Source: a virus
Taxonomy: Duplodnaviria; Caudoviricetes
Virus record (IMG/VR): IMGVR_UViG_3300020413_000004
Coordinates: 1 to 64,000 of that record
Reading direction: 5' to 3' (one strand)
DNA: 64,000 nucleotides
Position numbers and translations under genes: made by a program. This document shows, piece after piece, positions 37,163 to 47,300 of this stretch. The notes below the pieces were generated by a model, which worked only from the letters and a program-made list of their open reading frames with translations, had not been told where the DNA came from and searched no databases. Each line of letters opens with the position of its first letter. The stretch's first letter is position 1.

Positions 37163-39010
37163 TTAATATTTTTGGCCTGAGAGTTGAAGTATACTGTCCA
37201 ATTCAGTGTTTGCCTCGGGTTCTTGTGTCATCATCTGTTCGTATTTAGAATTAATAGCTTCGATAAACTTTTTGGCTGGAGTAATATACTGTTCGCCATA
37301 ATCTTTTTCAATAGCAGTAAGTATGGCAGTTTCTCCTTTTGGAAACTGTCCTGTGTGTCTATCATACATTGAAAGAACAAATTCTGTAATTGGCATCTGC
37401 TTTTCTTCTTCGCTTTCGCCCATCTCTATTTGTTTTATAGCGGCCATTAATTCACCATGTGACGGATTTAGAATGCCCTTTTTCTTAAGCATGTCCATTG
37501 CACGTTCTTTGTTATAATGGCTGTCTCCTGGAGTTTTGTTCTCCATTACATCTGGAACACCATTTCCGTTTTCATCTCTCCACCATGATCCGGTCTCATC
37601 ATGTGAATCATGGCTACACTTTGTAGTAGGCATATGCATAGTGTCTTCGCAGTCTTTACAATGATATTTTTTGTAGCCTTTCATATAGCCTTCTTCAATA
37701 GTTTCGTCTTTTAAAGCAGACTCTACTGTGTCATCTGCCCATGACTCAAAGCTGTCAAACTGTCCATGATCATAATCGTCGCCACCATAAAGATCTTGAT
37801 ACTCGTCATATGAGCTAGGTTGTCCGTCATAGTCATCTGAATGATGTATGTCAACACCTATTTCTTCTACTGCTCTTGCTAACTCGTCCATCTCAATCAT
37901 ATGTGGATCGTCAACATTATCGCCGGCCCATTCTTCTAGATCTTCTATTGACATTGAATCACCATATCTAGAACTTATATCTTTAGCCATTTTGTTGTAG
38001 TCAAAATATGCATCATCTTCATTAAAGTTTTCAGGACTTAATTCTTGTACCTTACTTGTTTCATTAACAAGGTTGTAAATGTATGGAAAAACATCCTTGA
38101 GTTCTTCGTTGAACTGTTTAATAGTTAACTGGTCAATCCAATTAGATGCCACATCTTCTGGAACTTCTCGTACTTCTTTTACAGCATAGTTTTCAATTGC
38201 TTCTTTATATACTTTTTCTTTCTGCAATCCTTCTACTGTTTTTTTAACTGTTAATACTCTCTCGTTGACAACGTCCATATACTGAGCAAGTCCTTCTGCC
38301 ATTACACCTGACCGATTCATGTAACTTTTAAATTTCTTTAGCTTATATAATTCTTCTGACAATCCTGTAATATGTTTACCAAACTCGTCATGTGTTTTTC
38401 CGCCTTCACTAACATGTCTGGCCATTGCCCTTGCACCATTTAAATGTTTAAACGGATACTTAAATCTTTCTCCTTCAGCACTTTCAATATAAATTGCATT
38501 GACATGCTGAGTTCTTCCACTAGCAAGTTCCTGATTAATTGCTTGATTGTGCTTTAATGCTAACCTAGCAGTTCCTATATCTTGGTAACTTGTTCTACTT
38601 GTTCCATACATTTTTGATTCGGTCATTTTTTCCTCTCCGGAGTCTTTTGCTAAAAATTTATAATCCCTTTTATTTAAGTTGCTCTTAGTTATATCTCTAG
38701 TATCAAAGTTCAGTAATCTCTTTTTAGCAAAAAATCTAAGTTCTTTTAAAAAATCATACCAGTTATTTTTTGTAACTTCATCTTGTCCTTCGACAAAGTT
38801 ATTACTATACATGACGCTTAAATTACTTTCATCTACACTTATACTTATTTTTCCTAAAGACTTTGGGCCCTCTTTATAGTCAAAATCGAAAAAACGTGCT
38901 TCCTTAGGATCGTTAGTAACAACACCTTCTGTATTACCTATAGTGACCGTAGGAAATCTTCCACGTATTTTATTAAAGAGTTCTTCGCTTATTAAATCAA
39001 GGTTTTTCAT
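37163..39010 (-). CDS. large late protein, probably head-associated
   Basis: ORF 37163..39025; ATG at 39010 is 5 nt after TAAATA; acidic inserts. Confidence 0.7.
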   Translation of the reverse strand: MKNLDLISEELFNKIRGRFPTVTIGNTEGVVTNDPKEARFFDFDYKEGPKSLGKISISVDESNLSVMYSNNFVEGQDEVTKNNWYDFLKELRFFAKKRLLNFDTRDITKSNLNKRDYKFLAKDSGEEKMTESKMYGTSRTSYQDIGTARLALKHNQAINQELASGRTQHVNAIYIESAEGERFKYPFKHLNGARAMARHVSEGGKTHDEFGKHITGLSEELYKLKKFKSYMNRSGVMAEGLAQYMDVVNERVLTVKKTVEGLQKEKVYKEAIENYAVKEVREVPEDVASNWIDQLTIKQFNEELKDVFPYIYNLVNETSKVQELSPENFNEDDAYFDYNKMAKDISSRYGDSMSIEDLEEWAGDNVDDPHMIEMDELARAVEEIGVDIHHSDDYDGQPSSYDEYQDLYGGDDYDHGQFDSFESWADDTVESALKDETIEEGYMKGYKKYHCKDCEDTMHMPTTKCSHDSHDETGSWWRDENGNGVPDVMENKTPGDSHYNKERAMDMLKKKGILNPSHGELMAAIKQIEMGESEEEKQMPITEFVLSMYDRHTGQFPKGETAILTAIEKDYGEQYITPAKKFIEAINSKYEQMMTQEPEANTELDSILQLSGQKY

Positions 39011-39021
39011 ATTAATATTTA

Positions 39022-40602
39022 TCAATAATTGGTACTAATGAAGATGGGCATGGGTGGTTCATAATCTTCTGTATCTTCTATGCTTTTAAACGTATTGTAT
39101 ATTCTAGGATCCCAGTCTTGTAATACTCCCATAATTCTAATAACAAGTAATATAGAAGATACTAGATCGTCAGTTTCTCCTGGTTTTGCTCTGTAGGTTG
39201 TTCCTGTTGCTACAAATCCTTTTAATTCAGATATAAGAGGTCCAGAGTTTATTTCCATTTTATCATTTTCTATCATGGTTTTTAATTTACTACATGCTGA
39301 TATTTTTGTGCTATGTGTTGTGTTAAACCCTTTTCTAAACTTTCTTACATGTCCTTTTCTAATAGGTTCGCTTACAAATAAGCCCGGAATATTTTCTTCG
39401 CCATAATCACTTATTACTATTAAAGCCGCTTCACCAATAGAATTGTTTTCTACACTCCAATAGATACTATTTGAGTTTCCTGTTTCCTTTTCTATAAAGT
39501 CACATATATCTTTTAGTATACGTATTTGTCCTGGTATTGGTGTTGTATTATGTCGCCACTCTCCTACCTGCTTATATGTAGGAAGTTCAAATATCTGAAT
39601 TGCGGCGTAATCTCCACCTGTACCCATACTAGGATCTAGTCCAATACAATACGTTGCATCTTTTTTAATTTTTCTGTACCAGCGAGTTTGCCCCATATTC
39701 ATTATTACCTTTTTAGGTTCCATTGTCGCTAGTTTTATACTGTTAATTAATGTTTCGTCGTATACTAAAAATTCACAACCATATTCCCGTCTAAATCTTT
39801 CTTCACCAATACGACCAATCTCTGCCTTCTTCCAATCCTCATCTCTATCTGGATGCTCGTCCCAGTTACAGGTAAAACTGTGAAATCCGTTTATGCCTAC
39901 ATCTTGTTCGTTGCCGTGTTCGTCGAACTTTTGTTCAGCTTGTTTCCAAATAGTTGCAAATGTATCTTCGTCTGAATTAGGGGTTGAAGTAATAATTGCA
40001 CGACCACCTGTTGCTAGTGTAGGTGATATAGAAGTCCAAAATTCGTCTGCAATACTAGGCGCAACAAATGCAAACTCGTCGCAGTATAGTAATGATATGG
40101 ACATACCACGACCTGTATTTCCTGTAGTTGTTGCACTTACAATACGTGATCCATTTTCAAACTCAATACTACCTTTGTTATAGTTTACAACACCTGCCCT
40201 AATATGATCTGGACACATTTCATAAACATAACGTACACGTTGCATAATTTCCTGTGCGCCTGTGTACTTGTGGGCCGCAATTAGTATTGTTTGGTCTGGA
40301 TTAAACATTGCATACCAAGTTAGATATATTGCCGCACAGGTAGTTTTGCCTGTTTGTCTAGGTAGCATGTTAATATTAAATCTATGATTATGATAACTGG
40401 ATAGTAGTCTTACTTGATATGTGTAAGGGTCAAATAACAATTTTCCTTGTACAGGATGTTGTATAAATGCAAATGCTTTTGAAAAGTGCAAATATCCATC
40501 TTTTGTATTCATACACCTTGCTAGTTCATCGAGTTGTGCTTCTGTAAATGCTTCTCGTTGATTTGCTTTTTTGGTTAATACACCGTCTAAACTTTTGCTC
40601 AT
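39022..40602 (-). CDS. terminase large subunit (T4 gp17)
   Basis: LPRQTGKT, DEFAF, TSTPN, GLDPSMGTGGDY, DDLV. Confidence 0.95.
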   Translation of the reverse strand: MSKSLDGVLTKKANQREAFTEAQLDELARCMNTKDGYLHFSKAFAFIQHPVQGKLLFDPYTYQVRLLSSYHNHRFNINMLPRQTGKTTCAAIYLTWYAMFNPDQTILIAAHKYTGAQEIMQRVRYVYEMCPDHIRAGVVNYNKGSIEFENGSRIVSATTTGNTGRGMSISLLYCDEFAFVAPSIADEFWTSISPTLATGGRAIITSTPNSDEDTFATIWKQAEQKFDEHGNEQDVGINGFHSFTCNWDEHPDRDEDWKKAEIGRIGEERFRREYGCEFLVYDETLINSIKLATMEPKKVIMNMGQTRWYRKIKKDATYCIGLDPSMGTGGDYAAIQIFELPTYKQVGEWRHNTTPIPGQIRILKDICDFIEKETGNSNSIYWSVENNSIGEAALIVISDYGEENIPGLFVSEPIRKGHVRKFRKGFNTTHSTKISACSKLKTMIENDKMEINSGPLISELKGFVATGTTYRAKPGETDDLVSSILLVIRIMGVLQDWDPRIYNTFKSIEDTEDYEPPMPIFISTNY

Positions 40603-40639
40603 GTATATATTTAACCAAAAAACAAAGGGTTATTTAGAA

Positions 40640-41161
40640 TTACGAGTACTCAACTCCTGAATAAAAAGGAATATTTCTATTCTTTATTATACTAGATCCT
40701 GGCAAATATGTCAAGTCCATAATACAAGCACAAGCAATAACTTTTCCACCTAACGCTTCAACAATATCTATAGCCGCATTCATTGTTCCGCCAGTAGCCA
40801 TCAAATCATCTATAATAATTACCTTATCATCTTTAGATATTGCATCTGATTTAATTTCTAATGTAGCAGTACTATATTCTAACTGATACTCTTTAGACTC
40901 TGTAGGAGGTGGGAGCTTTCCCTTTTTTCTGGCCAAAACTAATGGTCCTCTTGTCCTGTGGGCAAATACACTTGCAAAAATAAATCCTCTTGCATCTAAG
41001 CCTACAATTTTATCTACTGGACAATATTTTAACAATTTACTGTAGACAAAATTATTTGCCTCGGCAAATCCTTCTGGACTTTGGCATAGACTTGCTGTGC
41101 ATTTAAAGTCTATTCCGTCTTTAGGAAAACCTTGATAACTTCTTACATAATCTTTTATCAT
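40640..41161 (-). CDS. apt: adenine phosphoribosyltransferase
   Basis: FPKDGIDFK, LDARGF, RKKGKLP, LEY, IIIDDLMATGGT. Confidence 0.9.
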   Translation of the reverse strand: MIKDYVRSYQGFPKDGIDFKCTASLCQSPEGFAEANNFVYSKLLKYCPVDKIVGLDARGFIFASVFAHRTRGPLVLARKKGKLPPPTESKEYQLEYSTATLEIKSDAISKDDKVIIIDDLMATGGTMNAAIDIVEALGGKVIACACIMDLTYLPGSSIIKNRNIPFYSGVEYS

Positions 41162-42018
41162 TAATAACTCTGTGCTAAACGCCACATTAGGTATTCTTTG
41201 CTTTCGATAGGATCATACTTGTCTGGTTGGTCTGTTAGATTTTTTACTATAGTTCCAGGAGTAGGGTCTACAAAGTGTGGCATGCTGTGTCTAGGAATAT
41301 GACAATGACTATTTTCAACTCTGTGTCGTGTGCTTTTAAAATAATCGTTTGTCCAACGTTGTAACAAGTCTCCGATATTTACAACAACACCATTCCATAC
41401 ATAAGGAACAGGATGCCATTTTCCATTTAAATCTTCAACTTCTAATCCGGGTACGCTGTCTATCTGCCATAATAGTGTGATAGTTCCGTAATCGCTATGT
41501 TCACCAATTCTCATTTGTCTGTCGAGTGTAGGCTTCATTGCAGGATAATGTATGACTCTAGTTGTATTATAAGGCTCTATATGTGCATCTACTAGTGTAG
41601 TTCCACTGTCTAGTATTGTATCAAATTTTGCTAAAATATCTAGCGTGAGTCTATCTGCAACGTCTATTGACTGTAATGCAGTTTCTTTAAATCCTTTGAT
41701 GCTACTAGGCCAAAGATCATCAGGCATACGTGTATTGTTATAGTTAAAACTTTCTTTCATATCTTTAGGCGCAGTTGGATCTACATTTTCCGCACCTACT
41801 ATACTGTAACCTAAATTGGTCTCTGTTCGGTAACTGTATTTGTTTTTAGTTTCTTGATCTTGTTCAAAGAAACTTCTCATCAAGTCCCACCATACTTTCA
41901 TAGTGTCCTGATCAGCATCTGAAAGTGCATGTTGGAATACGGCGAAGCCTACCGTTGTATAGGCTTCGCGTATCTCTTCCAGTACTGTATTACTATTGTA
42001 ATCAATTACTGGTATCAT
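41161..42018 (-). CDS. isopenicillin-N-synthase-family 2OG-Fe(II) dioxygenase
   Basis: IPVID, GFAV, HSDYGTITLL, VNIGDLLQRWTND, HRV, RHS. Confidence 0.88.
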   Translation of the reverse strand: MIPVIDYNSNTVLEEIREAYTTVGFAVFQHALSDADQDTMKVWWDLMRSFFEQDQETKNKYSYRTETNLGYSIVGAENVDPTAPKDMKESFNYNNTRMPDDLWPSSIKGFKETALQSIDVADRLTLDILAKFDTILDSGTTLVDAHIEPYNTTRVIHYPAMKPTLDRQMRIGEHSDYGTITLLWQIDSVPGLEVEDLNGKWHPVPYVWNGVVVNIGDLLQRWTNDYFKSTRHRVENSHCHIPRHSMPHFVDPTPGTIVKNLTDQPDKYDPIESKEYLMWRLAQSY

Positions 42019-42019
42019 T

Positions 42020-43108
42020 TTAGTTTGGTACTTTTGCGTCGATGCCTTCAACATAGTATGTCATACTATCTAGATGAGCTCTACTAGCAACCTCACCGTC
42101 TTTAAGTTGAAGTTTGCCGGTATTGTCTTTTAAAGGACCTGTAAACGCAAAGTAAGTTCCGGCTTCAATAGCGGCTTTAACTTCTTCTGCTTTTGCTCTT
42201 ACATCATCTGGCATGTTAGTAAACGGTGCCATTCCTACTGCACAACCTGTTGCATCACATTCGCTGATGTCACCAAAGTATGTACCTGTTTCCCAAGTAC
42301 CATCTAATACTGCACCTACTTTAGCAATATAATAAGGTGACCAGTTATCAATAGTTGCGGTTAACTGTGCTTTAGGAGCAAATCTGTATTGATCACTTGC
42401 TTGACCAAAACCAAATATACCTTGCTGTTGTGCAACCTGTATTGGAGCAGGCGAATCTGTATGTTGTGCAATTACATCACAACCTTGACTAAACAACGCC
42501 TTGGCGGCGTCTGCTTCTTTACCTGGATCATACCATGTCATTACCCATACAATATCAATATCAACATCTGGGTTTACACTCTTCGCACCTAAGTAATAAG
42601 TGTTAATTTCTCTAATAACTTCAGGAATTGGATATGCGGCAACATAACAAATTTTGTTAGTCTTGGTCATCATACCTGCAATAACGCCCTGCACATGTCT
42701 AGCCTGATACAGTTTTAAACCATAATTAGCCATGTTATCTGCTGTCTTATAACCAGTTGCATGTTCAAATTTTACATTTGGATATTCTTCTGCCACTTTT
42801 AACATACTATCCATGTAACCAAAAGAAGTTGCAAATATAATATCTACACCCTGCATTGCCATTTGACGCATTACACGAGATGCATCTGGACCATACTTTA
42901 CGTTCTCAACGTATGTAGTTTCTACTCGATCACCAAAATGTTTTTCGACATCCTGTCTACCAATGTCGTGTCTATAAGTCCAACCGTGATCACCTGTTGG
43001 TCCTACATATATAAAGCCTACTTTGACTTTGTCTTTAGGTTCATCAGCAAATGCTGATCCAGTAATTGCTAAAAAAATAGCAAATAGAGTTGAATAAAAT
43101 AATTTCAT
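42020..43108 (-). CDS. BMP-family (nucleoside/purine) ABC substrate-binding protein
   Basis: Signal peptide; GFIYVGPTGDHGW; ATSFGY; PIPEV; WYDP; QHTDS. Confidence 0.9.
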   Translation of the reverse strand: MKLFYSTLFAIFLAITGSAFADEPKDKVKVGFIYVGPTGDHGWTYRHDIGRQDVEKHFGDRVETTYVENVKYGPDASRVMRQMAMQGVDIIFATSFGYMDSMLKVAEEYPNVKFEHATGYKTADNMANYGLKLYQARHVQGVIAGMMTKTNKICYVAAYPIPEVIREINTYYLGAKSVNPDVDIDIVWVMTWYDPGKEADAAKALFSQGCDVIAQHTDSPAPIQVAQQQGIFGFGQASDQYRFAPKAQLTATIDNWSPYYIAKVGAVLDGTWETGTYFGDISECDATGCAVGMAPFTNMPDDVRAKAEEVKAAIEAGTYFAFTGPLKDNTGKLQLKDGEVASRAHLDSMTYYVEGIDAKVPN

Positions 43109-43138
43109 GTTTATCTCCTTCCGAGTTGTTATCTTATT

Positions 43139-43600
43139 TTAAACAGGAGCATTCCACCAATGCTCCCAAGGAAAGTGTATCCAGATATCTTCCGTATCTT
43201 TAGCACATTCCTGTACATAATAATGAGGCTTGAATCCACACTCATTATTCCACCAAAGAGATGCAAACCTAACCTCTACTTTCAGTTCAGTTGAACTCTC
43301 CATGTGTTCCTTGATTTTTATAAATGTTTCTCCCGAGTCGCATATATCATCTACAATCAATACACGTTCGTCGGTTTTTTTTGGTAAGTAATCTTCCCAT
43401 TCTGGAAAATCTCTAAGGGAAGTTTTAATTGGCTTGAAAGGTTTCTTAAACCAATGAGACAACATTACTCCGGGGGTCAGTCCTCCCCTAGACAGCCCTA
43501 CAATAACTTGAGGATCAAACTTGTCTAAAGTTACATGTCTACATAGAGCATTTACATCTCTACGCATCTCGTCCCATTTGTACCAGTGCTTGTGAGGCAT
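43139..43600 (-). CDS. purine phosphoribosyltransferase (Gpt/Hpt-like)
   Basis: LSRGG; VLIVDDICDSGET; WIHFPWE. Confidence 0.85.
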   Translation of the reverse strand: MPHKHWYKWDEMRRDVNALCRHVTLDKFDPQVIVGLSRGGLTPGVMLSHWFKKPFKPIKTSLRDFPEWEDYLPKKTDERVLIVDDICDSGETFIKIKEHMESSTELKVEVRFASLWWNNECGFKPHYYVQECAKDTEDIWIHFPWEHWWNAPV

Positions 43601-43653
43601 TTTTACTTTCTGAAGTTGTCTACATGGTATTTATAATATTAGGAAATTTTGTC

Positions 43654-43682
43654 AAAAAAATAGGCTCCTTAGGAGCCTATTG
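43654..43682 (-). terminator. Rho-independent terminator
   Basis: ATAGGCTCC-TTA-GGAGCCTAT hairpin with T tract on the minus strand. Confidence 0.8.
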
Positions 43683-43699
43683 TACTTGGGGGGATATTA

Positions 43700-44080
43700 T
43701 TAAGCTACTGTTATGCTTGAAGCCGCTACTACATCTGTACCTGAAATGTCAATGTCATTAGGTCCAATTGAAGTTGTTGTTGCTCCTGCGTCTTTGCCAA
43801 TAGTTCTTATTCTAGCTTGTAGTTCACTAGCACTTGAAATATTTGCATCCATTACTAAATGGATAACACCACTGTTATCATTAACAATAAAATATGCTAA
43901 TGGATTTAATTCTTTTATAATTGCTTCTGCCGCTTCATCTACTGCATCATCTTCTGCACGTAAATCAATTGCTGAGTTTGCGGCATTTTCTACTGTTACT
44001 TTGTAGCAATTAGCATTCGGTGAGTACATTGTACCAACCGTGTTTGCCATTGATCCTACTCTTCTTGTTACTACTGCCAT
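43700..44080 (-). CDS. putative virion protein
   Basis: 126-aa Ala/Thr-rich ORF ending the late operon. Confidence 0.7.
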   Translation of the reverse strand: MAVVTRRVGSMANTVGTMYSPNANCYKVTVENAANSAIDLRAEDDAVDEAAEAIIKELNPLAYFIVNDNSGVIHLVMDANISSASELQARIRTIGKDAGATTTSIGPNDIDISGTDVVAASSITVA

Positions 44081-44097
44081 TTTTTATCCCCTTATGT

Positions 44098-44343
44098 TTA
44101 AATTCCTAGCTTTGTTTCTTGGTTACTTAGAAATTGATCCATTTTATCTAAGTTACCTTGAAATTTGTTTTGTAAACTTTGGAAATTCTTTTCCAAGTTT
44201 TTAAGTGCATCTCTAGCACCCATTTTATTTAGTATCTCTGCGAATCTACGCTTTAATTCTTCATCATTTATTTCTGTAGGCATTTGTATATCACTGCTTT
44301 TGCCTGTAAAGGTAGTTAGCTTTTCGATTTCATGTAAACGCAT
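44098..44343 (-). CDS. hypothetical protein
   Basis: MRLHEIE N-terminus; coiled-coil-like. Confidence 0.6.
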   Translation of the reverse strand: MRLHEIEKLTTFTGKSSDIQMPTEINDEELKRRFAEILNKMGARDALKNLEKNFQSLQNKFQGNLDKMDQFLSNQETKLGI

Positions 44344-44349
44344 TAAGCA

Positions 44350-47300
44350 TTACCCCATTTTTTTCAGTTTAGCTTGTTGCTCAGCTGTTCTAGCTTCTTT
44401 TTCACTCTTATATGTTTTACCACCAAACTCATATCCATTAGCAGTCTTTTTATATGTGAACTTTCCGTATGCTTCTTCCAACCCCTTGGCAAGTTGAGCT
44501 CTGTATTTGTCTACTTCTTCATTATGTATTGCTGGATCCTTAGCACGTAAAGCACCCGGTGGTTTTGGTCTATTCAGTCCGCCAGCAATATCTCTAGTCA
44601 TATAATCATCGTCTTTATATTCCTCGTCTGGTGAATTATCCCATTCTTCTCCGACATCTTCTTCACCCATTCCGCATGGACTCGGTGAATCCATTGGTCC
44701 TTCAGGATCCATCATTTGTATCTTGGATACCATGTCATCATGTTTATCCTTGTACATTGGCATATCACTTACTGGTTCTGCCTTTTCCATTCCTGCGTTT
44801 CTAAGAAGTGCAACAAGTTCAGCAACTTCTGTAGAGTTATCGCCGTTCATTGATATGTTCATAGAAGCCGCTTCGTTTACTTTTTTAGTCATGTCGTACT
44901 CCTTGTTTTCGTTTTTTGGAGACCCATCTGGATTATGAGTTGCTCCGTATAGTCTATCCCATCTATCTTGCATCTTGTTTCTTCCGCCTTGGGTTAGTGG
45001 TCTAGGTTTTACACTTGCTTTTGGTTGTTTTGTTTTATCTACTGTTTGGTCAGTAGTTGATGCCGCCGCGGCTCCCATTGCTTGTCCATCTTTATAAGCC
45101 GCCGCATTTGGATCAGATGTATTAACTTGGTCTTGGCCTTGACTAACTCCTCCGTCTTGATCAACTGCTTGTGATGTAGTAGTGTCTGACGCTTTTGGTT
45201 TACCTACTGTACTTCCGTCAGCTTTAGCTGATGCTAAGTTAGCAATCTTATCAAAAATTAATTGTTTAGCTGTACCTATAACTTTACCGTCTTTTTTGTA
45301 AAATTCTCCTGGATCTATTTCATCTTCTAAATCAGTATATAGATCGCTCTTGAACTGTGCTAAGTATGATGCTGAAACTGCTTTGTATTGTTGATTTGTT
45401 GTTATCTGTTCAAACACCTCAAAAAGTGCAACTTCATCAGTGCCTGCTCCAGTAAAGCCACCTTTCATTGCTTGATAAAGTTTAGCGGCCATTCCTGCTT
45501 CGCCGCCAGTTGCTTGGTCAACTTTTTTACTTGTGTTTTTATCTGATTGCTGGCCGTCTTGATCTTTTGCATCTGTTGACCCGTCATCTTTTGCATCTGT
45601 TGACCCGTCATCTTTTGCATCTGTTGACCCGTCATCTGTTGCATCACTTGCTGGCTTAGCATCACTGAGAGGAGTTGATAGATCCTCACTACCACTTTCT
45701 ATGTAACCTTTAATGTCTTTACCGTAAGGTATACCTTGACCGTCTAAAAAGTCCTTAACCATCTGACCTTCAGGCTCAGTTACTTTAGCCATTGTTTGTG
45801 TATTTCTTACATAAACTTGCTTGCCGCCACTTATTGATCTTACTCTATCTCTTTTACCAACAGGATCTTTTACAATATAAAAATCACTTTCGCTTTCATC
45901 CATTAGTGTATCAATGTAGAACGTTGCTGGAGGCAATCCTAAGTAATCTAATATATCTTGTGGGAGCGGAATAAATCTACCTTTGCCTGCATCTGCATCT
46001 TGCCCAGCACCAGTAGCTGATGCTACCCCCTTAGGATCATTTTTAATAACCTGACCCATTAAGTCTTTTACAGACTTAGGTAGTGTCATTTGATATTCTG
46101 TATCGTCGAACTTTGCTTTGTGCTTTGCTAACAAGTCTGAATATTCTTTCTGTTCTGCGGCTGATAATGCTTCAAGCAAATTACCACCTTCTAGAATATT
46201 CATAAAATATCTAAACTCTTGTGATTCAGCTTTTACTTGTTTGGATAATTCAGCCATTCTCTTTAGATCATCATAAAAAGTAATGACGCCGGGAATGTTA
46301 CCCATTTTCTCCATTGCACCTATTGTGTTTGGTCCTGCATCACCGTCTTGTTTTGCTCCTAGCATTTCCTGTAAACGCTTCACAGCATCTACAGTACCTT
46401 TGCCATACTTTCCATCTATGGACATTTCAATGCCCATATCTTTTAATCTTGATTGTAATTCTTTGATAGCGTCTACTTCGTCAGTATCATTGGCAAGTCC
46501 GCCTTTACCACTTTTGGCAAACTTTGCTAGAGCACCTCTTGGTGTGCTATCCTTTTTCTTTTTCTCTTTCTCTTTATCAAAGTCGGGATCATATATTGCT
46601 GGATCGCCCATTACATCTTTGTTAATGTCTTGGGCTGTTTTTTCACCATCTAAGTCTGCTTGTGCTGGATCCACGTCTGCATCTTTTCCTGCGGCTGACT
46701 TTGCCGCTTTCGCTTTGTTTGCCGCGGCATCAAAACTTGCTTTTGCTTTTTCTTTTTCAGCGGCTATGGCTATTTCTTTATCGTACTTCCATTTATCTAC
46801 AAGATCCTGTGCATATCCTCTGTAATGATCATTGATTGTTTTATTTTTTATAGCAAAGTTCATTGCATCAACAATTTGTTGTAGTTCTAATTCTTCTGCA
46901 TCTGATAACTTTTCTTCATTTAGCTGTTTGTATAGATCACCAAATACAGATCTAAAATCTACATTAGCCATCATTACTTCGCCTTTTTGGGCTTTCTTTA
47001 AAAGTTCTTCGTATCTATCTACATACTTCAGGATGTTATCATTAGTTATGGTAATTCCGCCAGCTTTATCTGCATCTTTAGCTACATCTGTCTTTATTTC
47101 TTTACCAGGTACTTTAGTAGTACCTTTAATTTTTGCATCGTCACCAAAGAATTTCTTTAACTGTTCTACACTACCATATGTACGAACTTTTACATTATCT
47201 TTGTTAATCTTGTCTACATAGGGTGCAGTTCTGTCTATGTTAAAATTACTACGTTTTCCGTTTGATTGTATTCTCCATTCTTTGCCTGGCTTAGAATCTT

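Noticed and set aside
45562-45633. 24-bp repeat as a CRISPR or DGR element
   Set aside because: In-frame perfect tandem repeat without spacers, and no reverse transcriptase present
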